A stretch of DNA of 64,000 bases from Squalus acanthias (Eukaryota): NCBI GenBank assembly GCA_030390025.1, contig JASTWF010000331.1, forward strand, positions 186,001 through 250,000, given 5' to 3'. A program made the position numbers and the translations under genes. Positions 50,101 to 62,109 of the stretch are shown here, one piece after another. The notes under the pieces were generated by a model, which saw only the letters and a program-made list of their open reading frames with translations, did not search any database and had not been told where the DNA came from. Numbering within the stretch: the stretch's first letter is position 1; each line of letters begins with the position of its first letter.

Positions 50101-53100
50101 TACATTGTGAGTCTGTCCCTCTCTCAGTGCTGTCAATCAGTACATTGTGAGCCTGTCCCTCTCTCAGTGCTGGTCAATCAGTACATTGTGAGCCTGTCCC
50201 TCTCTCAGTGCTGGTCAATCAGTACATTGTGAGCCTGTCCCTCTCTCAGTGCTGGTCAATCAGTACATTGTGAGTCTGTCCCTCTCTCAGTGCTGCCCAA
50301 TCAGTACATTGTGAGCCTGTCCCTCTCTCAGTGCTGTCAATCAGTACATTGTGAGTCTGTCCCTCTCTCAGTGCTGCCCAATCAGTACATTGTGAGCCTG
50401 TCCCTCTCTCAGTGCTGCCCAATCAGTACATTGTGAGTCTGTCCCTCTCTCAGTGCTGCCAATCAGTACATTGTGAGCCTGTCCCTCTCTCAGTGCTGAC
50501 CAATCAGTACATTGTGAGTCTGTCCCTCTCTCAGTGCTGCCCAATCAGTACATTGTGAGCCTGTCCCTCTCTCAGTGCTGCTCAATCAGTACATTGTGAG
50601 TCTGTCCCTCTCTCAGTGCTGCCCAATCAGTACATTGTGAGTCTGTCCCTCTCTCAGTGCTGTCAATCAGTACATTGTGAGTCTGTCCCTCTCTCAGTGC
50701 TGCCAATCAGTACATTGTGAGTCTGTCCCTCTCTCAGTGCTGTCAATCAGTACATTGTGAGCCTGTCCCTCTCTCAGTGCTGTCAATCAGTACATTGTGA
50801 GTCTGTCCCTCTCTCAGTGCTGTCAATCAGTACATTGTGAGTCTGTCCCTCTCTCAGTGCTGCCAATCAGTACATTGTGAGTCTGTCCCTCTCTCAGTGC
50901 TGCCAATCAGTACATTGTGAGTCTGTCCCTCTCTCAGTGCTGCCCAATCAGTACATTGTGAGCCTGTCCCTCTCTCAGTGCTGCCCAATCAGTACATTGT
51001 GAGTCTGTCCCTCTCTCAGTGCTGCCCAATCAGTACATTGTGAGCCTGTCCCTCTCTCAGTGCTGTCCAATCAGTACATTGTGAGCCTGTCCCTCTCTCA
51101 GTGCTGCCAATCAGTACATTGTGAGTCTGTCCCTCTCTCAGTGCTGGTCAATCAGTACATTGTGAGCCTGTCCCTCTCTCAGTGCTGTCCAATCAGTACA
51201 TTGTGAGTCTGTCCCTCTCTCAGTGCTGCCCAATCAGTACATTGTGAGTCTGTCCCTCTCTCAGTGCTGCCAATCAGTACATTGTGAGTCTGTCCCTCTC
51301 TCAGTGCTGCCCAATCAGTACATTGTGAGCCTGTCCCTCTCTCAGTGCTGCCAATCAGTACATTGTGAGTCTGTCCCTCTCTCAGTGCTGTCAATCAGTA
51401 CATTGTGAGTCTGTCCCTCTCTCAGTGCTGGTCAATCAGTACATTGTGAGTCTGTCCCTCTCTCAGTGCTGGTCAATCAGTACATTGTGAGCCTGTCCCT
51501 CTCTCAGTGCTGTCAATCAGTACATTGTGAGTCTGTCCCTCTCTCAGTGCTGCCAATCAGTACATTGTGAGTCTGTCCCTCTCTCAGTGCTGGTCAATCA
51601 GTACATTGTGAGTCTGTCCCTCTCTCAGTGCTGGTCAATCAGTACATTGTGAGTCTGTCCCTCTCTCAGTGCTGCCAATCAGTACATTGTGAGTCTGTCC
51701 CTCTCTCAGTGCTGGTCAATCAGTACATTGTGAGACTGTCCCTCTCTCAGTGCTGGTCAATCAGTACATTGTGAGCCTGTCCCTCTCTCAGTGCTGGTCA
51801 ATCAGTACATTGTGAGTCTGTCCCTCTCTCAGTGCTGGTCAATCAGTACATTGTGAGCCTGTCCCTCTCTCAGTGCTGGTCAATCAGTACATTGTGAGTC
51901 TGTCCCTCTCTCAGTGCTGTCAATCAGTACATTGTGAGCCTGTCCCTCTCTCAGTGCTGGTCAATCAGTACATTGTGAGCCTGTCCCTCTCTCAGTGCTG
52001 CCCAATCAGTACATTGTGAGTCTGTCCCTCTCTCAGTGCTGTCAATCAGTACATTGTGAGTCTGTCCCTCTCTCAGTGCTGCCCAATCAGTACATTGTGA
52101 GCCTGTCCCTCTCTCAGTGCTGCCAATCAGTACATTGTGAGTCTGTCCCTCTCTCAGTGCTGCCAATCAGTACATTGTGAGTCTGTCCCTCTCTCAGTGC
52201 TGCCCAATCAGTACATTGTGAGCCTGTCCCTCTCTCAGTGCTGGTCAATCAGTACATTGTGAGCCTGTCCCTCTCTCAGTGCTGGTCAATCAGTACATTG
52301 TGAGCCTGTCCCTCTCTCAGTGCTGGTCAATCAGTACATTGTGAGTCTGTCCCTCTCTCAGTGCTGCCAATCAGTACATTGTGAGCCTGTCCCTCTCTCA
52401 GTGCTGCCAATCAGTACATTGTGAGCCTGTCCCTCTCTCAGTGCTGCCAATCAGTACATTGTGAGCCTGTCCCTCTCTCAGTGCTGCCCAATCAGTACAT
52501 TGTGAGCCTGTCCCTCTCTCAGTGCTGCCAATCAGTACATTGTGAGTCTGTCCCTCTCTCAGTGCTGCCCAATCAGTACATTGTGAGACTGTCCCTCTCT
52601 CAGTGCTGCCCAATCAGTACATTGTGAGTCTGTCCCTCTCTCAGTGCTGCCAATCAGTACATTGTGAGCTGTCCCTCTCTCAGTGCTGCCAATCAGTACA
52701 TTGTGAGTCTGTCCCTCTCTCAGTGCTGCCAATCAGTACATTGTGAGTCTGTCCCTCTCTCAGTGCTGCCCAATCAGTACATTGTGAGTCTGTCCCTCTC
52801 TCAGTGCTGCCAATCAGTACATTGTGAGCCTGTCCCTCTCTCAGTGCTGGCCAATCAGTACATTGTGAGCCTGTCCCTCTCTCAGTGCTGGTCAATCAGT
52901 ACATTGTGAGTCTGTCCCTCTCTCAGTGCTGGTCCAATCAGTACATTGTGAGTCTGTCCCTCTCTCAGTGCTGTCCAATCAGTACATTGTGAGCCTGTCC
53001 CTCTCTCAGTGCTGGTCAATCAGTACATTGTGAGCCTGTCCCTCTCTCAGTGCTGGTCAATCAGTACATTGTGAGTCTGTCCCTCTCTCAGTGCTGGTCA

Positions 53101-56100
53101 ATCAGTACATTGTGAGCCTGTCCCTCTCTCAGTGCTGGTCAATCAGTACATTGTGAGTCTGTCCCTCTCTCAGTGCTGGTCAATCAGTACATTGTGAGCC
53201 TGTCCCTCTCTCAGTGCTGGTCAATCAGTACATTGTGAGTCTGTCCCTCTCTCAGTGCTGGTCAATCAGTACATTGTGAGTCTGTCCCTCTCTCAGTGCT
53301 GGTCAATCAGTACATTGTGAGCCTGTCCCTCTCTCAGTGCTGTCAATCAGTACATTGTGAGTCTGTCCCTCTCTCAGTGCTGGCCAATCAGTACATTGTG
53401 AGTCTGTCCCTCTCTCAGTGCTGCCAATCAGTACATTGTGAGCCTGTCCCTCTCTCAGTGCTGCCCAATCAGTACATTGTGAGTCTGTCCCTCTCTCAGT
53501 GCTGTCAATCAGTACATTGTGAGTCTGTCCCTCTCTCAGTGCTGGTCAATCAGTACATTGTGAGTCTGTCCCTCTCTCAGTGCTGGTCAATCAGTACATT
53601 GTGAGCCTGTCCCTCTCTCAGTGCTGGTCAATCAGTACATTGTGAGCCTGTCCCTCTCTCAGTGCTGCCCAATCAGTACATTGTGAGTCTGTCCCTCTCT
53701 CAGTGCTGCCCAATCAGTACATTGTGAGTCTGTCCCTCTCTCAGTGCTGCCCAATCAGTACATTGTGAGCCTGTCCCTCTCTCAGTGCTGCCAATCAGTA
53801 CATTGTGAGCCTGTCCCTCTCTCAGTGCTGCCCAATCAGTACATTGTGAGCCTGTCCCTCTCTCAGTGCTGCCCAATCAGTACATTGTGAGTCTGTCCCT
53901 CTCTCAGTGCTGGTCAATCAGTACATTGTGAGCCTGTCCCTCTCTCAGTGCTGTCAATCAGTACATTGTGAGCCTGTCCCTCTCTCAGTGCTGCCCAATC
54001 AGTACATTGTGAGTCTGTCCCTCTCTCAGTGCTGCCCAATCAGTACATTGTGAGTCTGTCCCTCTCTCAGTGCTGCCCAATCAGTACATTGTGAGCCTGT
54101 CCCTCTCTCAGTGCTGTCAATCAGTACATTGTGAGCCTGTCCCTCTCTCAGTGCTGCCAATCAGTACATTGTGAGCCTGTCCCTCTCTCAGTGCTGTCAA
54201 TCAGTACATTGTGAGTCTGTCCCTCTCTCAGTGCTGCCCAATCAGTACATTGTGAGTCTGTCCCTCTCTCAGTGCTGGTCAATCAGTACATTGTGAGTCT
54301 GTCCCTCTCTCAGTGCTGCCCAATCAGTACATTGTGAGTCTGTCCCTCTCTCAGTGCTGGCCAATCAGTACATTGTGAGCCTGTCCCTCTCTCAGTGCTG
54401 GTCAATCAGTACATTGTGAGTCTGTCCCTCTCTCAGTGCATGCCAATCAGTACATTGTGAGTCTGTCCCTCTCTCAGTGCTGGTCCAATCAGTACATTGT
54501 GAGCCTGTCCCTCTCTCAGTGCTGGTCAATCAGTACATTGTGAGTCTGTCCCTCTCTCAGTGCTGGTCAATCAGTACATTGTGAGTCTGTCCCTCTCTCA
54601 GTGCTGGTCAATCAGTACATTGTGAGTCTGTCCCTCTCTCAGTGCTGCTCAATCAGTACATTGTGAGTCTGTCCCTCTCTCAGTGCTGGTCAATCAGTAC
54701 ATTGTGAGTCTGTCCCTCTCTCAGTGCTGGTCAATCAGTACATTGTGAGTCTGTCCCTCTCTCAGTGCTGGTCAATCAGTACATTGTGAGTCTGTCCCTC
54801 TCTCAGTGCTGGTCAATCAGTACATTGTGAGTCTGTCCCTCTCTCAGTGCTGGTCAATCAGTACATTGTGAGCCTGTCCCTCTCTCAGTGCTGGCCAATC
54901 AGTACATTGTGAGTCTGTCCCTCTCTCAGTGCTGGTCAATCAGTACATTGTGAGACTGTCCCTCTCTCAGTGCTGGTCAATCAGTACATTGTGAGTCTGT
55001 CCCTCTCTCAGTGCTGGTCAATCAGTACATTGTGAGTCTGTCCCTCTCTCAGTGCTGGTCAATCAGTACATTGTGAGTCTGTCCCTCTCTCAGTGCTGGT
55101 CAATCAGTACATTGTGAGCCTGTCCCTCTCTCAGTGCTGGTCAATCAGTACATTGTGAGTCTGTCCCTCTCTCAGTGCTGTTCAATCAGTACATTGTGAG
55201 TCTGTCCCTCTCTCAGTGCTGGTCAATCAGTACATTGTGAGTCTGTCCCTCTCTCAGTGCTGGTCAATCAGTACATTGTGAGTCTGTCCCTCTCTCAGTG
55301 CTGGTCAATCAGTACATTGTGAGCCTGTCCCTCTCTCAGTGCTGCCCAATCAGTACATTGTGAGTCTGTCCCTCTCTCAGTGCTGCCCAATCAGTACATT
55401 GTGAGTCTGTCCCTCTCTCAGTGCTGCCCAATCAGTACATTGTGAGCCTGTCCCTCTCTCAGTGCTGGTCAATCAGTACATTGTGAGCCTGTCCCTCTCT
55501 CAGTGCTGCCCAATCAGTACATTGTGAGCCTGTCCCTCTCTCAGTGCTGCCCAATCAGTACATTGTGAGTCTGTCCCTCTCTCAGTGCTGTCAATCAGTA
55601 CATTGTGAGTCTGTCCCTCTCTCAGTGCTGGTCAATCAGTACATTGTGAGCCTGTCCCTCTCTCAGTGCTGCCCAATCAGTACATTGTGAGTCTGTCCCT
55701 CTCTCAGTGCTGCCCAATCAGTACATTGTGAGTCTGTCCCTCTCTCAGTGCTGCCCAATCAGTACATTGTGAGTCTGTCCCTCTCTCAGTGCTGGTCAAT
55801 CAGTACATTGTGAGCCTGTCCCTCTCTCAGTGCTGGTCAATCAGTACATTGTGAGCCTGTCCCTCTCTCAGTGCTGCCCAATCAGTACATTGTGAGTCTG
55901 TCCCTCTCTCAGTGCTGCCCAATCAGTACATTGTGAGTCTGTCCCTCTCTCAGTGCTGGTCAATCAGTACATTGTGAGTCTGTCCCTCTCTCAGTGCTGC
56001 CCAATCAGTACATTGTGAGTCTGTCCCTCTCTCAGTGCTGGTCAATCAGTACATTGTGAGTCTGTCCCTCTCTCAGTGCTGGTCAATCAGTACATTGTGA

Positions 56101-59100
56101 GTCTGTCCCTCTCTCAGTGCTGCCCAATCAGTACATTGTGAGTCTGTCCCTCTCTCAGTGCTGGTCAATCAGTACATTGTGAGCCTGTCCCTCTCTCAGT
56201 GCTGGTCAATCAGTACATTGTGAGTCTGTCCCTCTCTCAGTGCTGGTCAATCAGTACATTGTGAGTCTGTCCCTCTCTCAGTGCTGCCAATCAGTACATT
56301 GTGAGCCTGTCCCTCTCTCAGTGCTGTCAATCAGTACATTGTGAGTCTGTCCCTCTCTCAGTGCTGGTCAATCAGTACATTGTGAGTCTGTCCCTCTCTC
56401 AGTGCTGGTCAATCAGTACATTGTGAGTCTGTCCCTCTCTCAGTGCTGCTCAATCAGTACATTGTGAGTCTGTCCCTCTCTCAGTGCTGGTCAATCAGTA
56501 CATTGTGAGTCTGTCCCTCTCTCAGTGCTGGTCAATCAGTACATTGTGAGTCTGTCCCTCTCTCAGTGCTGGTCAATCAGTACATTGTGAGTCTGTCCCT
56601 CTCTCAGTGCTGGTCAATCAGTACATTGTGAGTCTGTCCCTCTCTCAGTGCTGGTCAATCAGTACATTGTGAGCCTGTCCCCCTCTCAGTGCTGGTCAAT
56701 CAGTACATTGTGAGTCTGTCCCTCTCTCAGTGCTGGTCAATCAGTACATTGTGAGACTGTCCCTCTCTCAGTGCTGGTCAATCAGTACATTGTGAGTCTG
56801 TCCCTCTCTCAGTGCTGGTCAATCAGTACATTGTGAGTCTGTCCCTCTCTCAGTGCTGGTCAATCAGTACATTGTGAGTCTGTCCCTCTCTCAGTGCTGG
56901 TCAATCAGTACATTGTGAGCCTGTCCCTCTCTCAGTGCTGGTCAATCAGTACATTGTGAGTCTGTCCCTCTCTCAGTGCTGGTCAATCAGTACATTGTGA
57001 GCCTGTCCCTCTCTCAGTGCTGGTCAATCAGTACATTGTGAGTCTGTCCCTCTCTCAGTGCTGCCCAATCAGTACATTGTGAGCCTGTCCCTCTCTCAGT
57101 GCTGGTCAATCAGTACATTGTGAGTCTGTCCCTCTCTCAGTGCTGCCCAATCAGTACATTGTGAGACTGTCCCTCTCTCAGTGCTGCTCAATCAGTACAT
57201 TGTGAGTCTGTCCCTCTCTCAGTGCTGGTCAATCAGTACATTGTGAGCCTGTCCCCTCTCAGTGCTGGTCAATCAGTACATTGTGAGTCTGTCCCTCTCT
57301 CAGTGCTGGTCAATCAGTACATTGTGAGTCTGTCCCTCTCTCAGTGCTGGTCAATCAGTACATTGTGAGCCTGTCCCTCTCTCAGTGCTGGTCAATCAGT
57401 ACATTGTGAGTCTGTCCCTCTCTCAGTGCTGGTCAATCAGTACATTGTGAGTCTGTCCCTCTCTCAGTGCTGGTCAATCAGTACATTGTGAGTCTGTCCC
57501 TCTCTCAGTGCTGATCAATCAGTACATTGTGAGTCTGTCCCTCTCTCAGTGCTGGTCAATCAGTACATTGTGAGTCTGTCCCTCTCTCAGTGCTGGTCAA
57601 TCAGTACATTGTGAGTCTGTCCCTCTCTCAGTGCTGGTCAATCAGTACATTGTGAGTCTGTCCCTCTCTCAGTGCTGGTCAATCAGTACATTGTGAGTCT
57701 GTCCCTCTCTCAGTGCTGGTCAATCAGTACATTGTGAGCCTGTCCCCTCTCAGTGCTGGTCAATCAGTACATTGTGAGTCTGTCCCTCTCTCAGTGCTGG
57801 TCAATCAGTACATTGTGAGACTGTCCCTCTCTCAGTGCTGGTCAATCAGTACATTGTGAGTCTGTCCCTCTCTCAGTGCTGGTCAATCAGTACATTGTGA
57901 GTCTGTCCCTCTCTCAGTGCTGGTCAATCAGTACATTGTGAGTCTGTCCCTCTCTCAGTGCTGGTCAATCAGTACATTGTGAGCCTGTCCCTCTCTCAGT
58001 GCTGGTCAGTCAGTACATTGTGAGTCTGTCCCTCTCTCAGTGCTGGTCAATCAGTACATTGTGAGCCTGTCCCTCTCTCAGTGCTGGTCAATCAGTACAT
58101 TGTGAGTCTGTTCCTCTCTCTGTGCTGCCCAATCAGTACATTGTGAGCCTGTCCCTCTCTCAGTGCTGGTCAATCAGTACATTGTGAGTCTGTCTCTCTC
58201 TCTCTGTGCTGCCCAATCAGTACATTGTGAGACTGTCCCTCTCTCAGTGCTGATCAATCAGTACATTGTGAGTCTGTCCCTCTCTCAGTGCTGATCAATC
58301 AGTACATTGTGAGTCTGTCCCTCTCTCAGTGCTGCCCAATCAGTACATTGTGAGTCTGTCCCTCTCTCAGTGCTGGTCAATCAATACATTGTGAGTCTGT
58401 CCCTCTCTCAGTGCTGATCAATCAGTACATTGTGAGTCTGTCCCTCTCTCAGTGCTGGTCAATCAGTACATAGTGAGCCTGTCCCTCTCTCAGTGCTGGT
58501 CAGTCACTACATTGTGAGTCTGTCCCTCTCTCAGTGCTGGTCAGTCAGTACATTGTGAGTCTGTCCCTCTCTCAGTGCTGGTCAATCAGTACATTGTGAG
58601 TCTGTCCCTCTCTCAGTGCTGGTCAATCAGTACATTGTGAGTCTGTCCCTCTCTCAGTGCTGGTCAATCAGTACATTGTGAGCCTGTCCCCCTCTCAGTG
58701 CTGGTCAATCAGTACATTGTGAGTCTGTCCCTCTCTCAGTGCTGGTCAATCAGTACATTGTGAGTCTGTCCCTCACTCAGTGCTGGTCAATCACTACATT
58801 GTGAGTCTGTCCCTCTCTCAGTGCTGGTCAGTCAGTACATTGTGAGTCTGTCCCTCTCTCAGTGCTGGTCAATCAGTACATTGTGAGTCTGTCCCTCACT
58901 CAGTGCTGGTCAATCAGTACATTGTGAGACTGTCCCTCTCTCAGTGCTGGTCAATCAGTACATTGTGAGCCTGTCCCTCTCTCAGTGCTGGTCAATCAGT
59001 ACATTGTGAGTCTGTCCCTCTCTCAGTGCTGGTCAATCAGTACATTGTGAGCCTGTCCCTCTCTCAGTGTTGGTCAATCAGTAAATTGTGAGTCTGTCCC

Positions 59101-59119
59101 TCTCTCAGTGCTGCCCAAT
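23101..59119. repeat. 41-bp tandem satellite, ~36 kb, ~880 copies: AATCAGTACATTGTGAG(T/C)CTGTCCCTCTCTCAGTGCTG(GT/CC)C
   Basis: Uninterrupted head-to-tail array with no spacers or TE insertions seen. Copy number estimated as length/41. Confidence 0.99.
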
Positions 59120-59497
59120 TCCCGATTTGCTGTTTGTTCTAGCGCTCCGCTCTGCTGGGTGGGAGTTTCAATCATTTATCCATTATTACGACTACAGCCT
59201 TATAACCAGAATCACCTGTGGATTTGTAATGTGATGTCTGCAGTAAATTGTGTGACAGATAGTTTTCACCATCAGAAAGAACATTTGTCCTTCTCCCAGC
59301 TCGCCATGTTAAGTAAATATTGGTGTCCCATGTAGATTTGGAACTTCTCTCAGACATTTCCTGTCAACCAAGATTCACATGAACTGTTTTGGTTTTCTAA
59401 CTGTCTACGATTTTACTGAAAAGCAGTGCAGTATATCGGAGCTTTCTGTGACAATATAATGAACATTGAAACCACTTTCTCTCTGTTCTAATTGAAG

Positions 59498-61235
59498 ATC
59501 TTCAACAGAAACACAAGGAAACACTCCGGGTACAAACTGAAACACTGAGAGTGAACACTATCCTAATAAAGGAGAAGGTTAAGATTTTTCAGCTGGTTGA
59601 TCGATACGCTAAGCTGACGGTCATTTCTTCTGTTCGAGATCGGACACTTGTAGAACATGAACTGCTGGCAAGAGGCCGAGACCATGAAGAGTGCAGAAAG
59701 AAACTCCTCCGGAAAAGGCTGGAAAAAATCCGAACTGATCAATTGTTCCACAGCAGTTTTTCACGGAGAAAGTCCAAATCTGGGAATTCAGGAGCAGTGA
59801 GCGGAGTCCCGGGGATTGGAAAAACAACAATGGTACAAAAGATTGTTCATGACTGGGCCACTGGGAAAATATACCCACACTTTCAATTTGTTTTCAGCTT
59901 TAAATTCCGGGATTTGAACGCTATTAACTGTAGAATAAACCTGAGGAATCTGATACTCTTTTTTTATCCTTACTTGAGCAATATTCTGGGAGAGCTCTGG
60001 AAGAACCCAGAGGGATTGCTGTTTATATTCGATGGTTTGGATGAATTCAATGAGAGTATCGATTTTGCTGACAATCGGAGAAATACAGAACCTCAGCACA
60101 TGTGCACAGATCCTGAAGACTGGTGTGAAGTGTCTGACATTGTGTACAGTTTAATACAGCACAAGCTGCTCCCAGGATGTTCAGTGCTAGTGACCAGCCG
60201 CCCCACTGCATTACATTTATTGCAAAAGGCTGATATCAGTGTCTGGGCTGAAATCCTGGGATTTGTTGGAAAAGAACGGAAGGAATATTTCAACAAGTTT
60301 TTTGAAGATCAGACGGTGGCAGCAGCTGTTTTCAAACACGTGGAGGAGAACGACATCCTGTACACCATGTGCTACAACCCTTCTTACTGCTTGATCCTCG
60401 GCCTCTCACTGGGCCCCTTCTTTACACAAAGAGACAGGAATCAGCAGCGAGTTCCCAAGACCATCACCCAATTATATTCCTACTATATTTACAACATTCT
60501 GAAAAACCATGGCCGAGAGATTGAAAGCCCCCGTGATGTGTTACTGAATCTTGGTGAGATGGCCTTCACAGGAGTCTCCGAGAAGAAGATTGTGTTTAAA
60601 AATGGAGAATTGATCAAGTACAATCTGCAACCTTCCCAGTTCCTGTCTGGGTTCATGATGGAACTTTTGGAGAGAGATGATTCTGCCCAGAGCGTGGTGT
60701 ACACATTCCCGCACCTCACCATCCAAGAGTTTGTAGCCGCACTAGCACAATTCCTGACTCCAGATCCCGGGGACATCCTGAAACTCCTCCGGGAATCCCA
60801 CGGCAAGGAAGATGGGCGATTTGAGATATTTCTCCGTTTTGTTGCTGGTCTCTCCTCCCCACAGGCAGCTCGGCCCCTGGAGGAGTTTCTGGGTCCATTT
60901 CTTCATCAAACCACCTGCCGAGTGATTGACTGGGTGAAGGAGAAGATTGAAGGACAGATTGGGAACACAGGGAGTGAAACTGGGAAAAGGAACCTCCTGA
61001 ACACATTCCACTACCTGTTTGAGTCTCAGAATAAAGGTCTGGCTCGGAAAACAGTGGGATCTGTGGAATCACTTACATTTAGTGGATTGACATTGACCCC
61101 GATTGACTGTGCGGTCCTGTCTCACGTCATTGGACTCTGTGATACAATAAAAGAACTCGATCTAGAGAGCTGCAACATTCAGTGTGAGGGACTCCAGCGG
61201 CTGGGACCCGTACTGCACAAATGCCAGGTGTTGAG
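59498..61235 (+). CDS. NLR gene coding exon 5: NACHT NTPase, winged helix, HD2 and first LRR (NLRC3/NLRP-like family; gene presumably continues beyond the window)
   Basis: Acceptor TTCTAATTGAAG (59497, phase 1); 1738 nt open. Walker A GVPGIGKT (59803-59826), Walker B LLFIFDGLDE (60016-60045), sensor-1 LVTSRP, WH motif FPHLTIQEFVAA, LRR IKELDLESCNI. Phase-2 donor AG|GTAAC at 61236. Confidence 0.96.
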
Positions 61236-61849
61236 GTAACTGTTTATTTGTCTCTAACTGTTGGGCGAATTGTAGAACAGTCAGGGATTGTTTTGTTGCT
61301 CCGTAATGTAGGGAAACAAACAGTTCAGTTAAACCAGGGAGAAGCAGATTCAACACAAATATGACCAATAATAAGAGGCTCGGTCAGTAATTCCCTAAGG
61401 ACTGGAGAATCTAAAATGGATCCTTGTGAACAAGTAGGGATTTTACAATCTTTATCGGATCAGCAAATACAGGTCACTGAGAGTCTGATAATTTAATTAC
61501 AATAAATCATATTTAATAAGGCTGGACAGCGGAAGGTAAACATAAAATATAATCCGGCAGTAAAGATAAAATTAATTTAAATGTTTTCCACATACACCAT
61601 TTCAACTAGAAACAAGAGAGAAACCCGAGTTTAAATCACTATCAGTTCGATATTTACTCCAATACCGTGCAGAGTGTGTCCTGTCGAGGGGGTAGTTTCC
61701 TGTATTGGGAATATTGGGGAATCGGGAATTCTTTCAGCTGTAAATGTTTACAATTATTCACAGTCCTGAACATTGAGTTAAGATTGATATTCAGGATCTT
61801 AAACCTGCCGGTGAAAAGGTTCCAATCTAACCGGAGTACAGACACACAC

Positions 61850-62070
61850 CGGCCAGCGGTGGGGCCTCGCACACAGCGGGCGGCTCCTGGGTAAACCGGG
61901 GGCAGTGAACCCGGGAATTCCCCATAATCACCCCCTGTGTGTGAGGCCCCGCTCGGGGAGGGAACTTCCGAAAATTCCCCAAAACCTGTCGGGCCAGTTA
62001 CACCTGAAATAAATATAGAGCCAGTTTAATGGGGAATAAAGTGAGAGACTCCCCTCCCCTATAAACTAGG
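61850..62070. promoter_or_regulatory. GC-rich intronic cluster of NF-kB-like sites
   Basis: GGGAATTCCC (61913-61922), GGGAACTTCC (61960-61969), near-match GAAAATTCCC (61970-61979), TATAAA at 62060. Motif evidence only. Confidence 0.35.
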
Positions 62071-62109
62071 AGCACATGGACATTTAAAACTTGTAACGGG
62101 ACAGAATAA

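Noticed and set aside
23101..59119. CRISPR array or repeat-protein gene
   Set aside because: No unique spacers and no cas genes, in a eukaryotic context. TGA in each unit closes frames every ~3 units; the short ORFs arise from single variants or indels.
59498..61235. Assigning a symbol such as NLRC3, NLRP3 or NOD1
   Set aside because: Orthology cannot be established by eye in an expanded family; no pyrin domain recognised.
59551..61239. 562-aa ORF as a complete single-exon gene
   Set aside because: It starts at GTG, the frame is open back to a splice acceptor at 59497, and the stop lies inside a donor site, so it is an internal exon.
59563..61368. Minus-strand ORFs overlapping the NACHT exon
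   Set aside because: Antisense shadows of the coding exon with no recognisable motifs.
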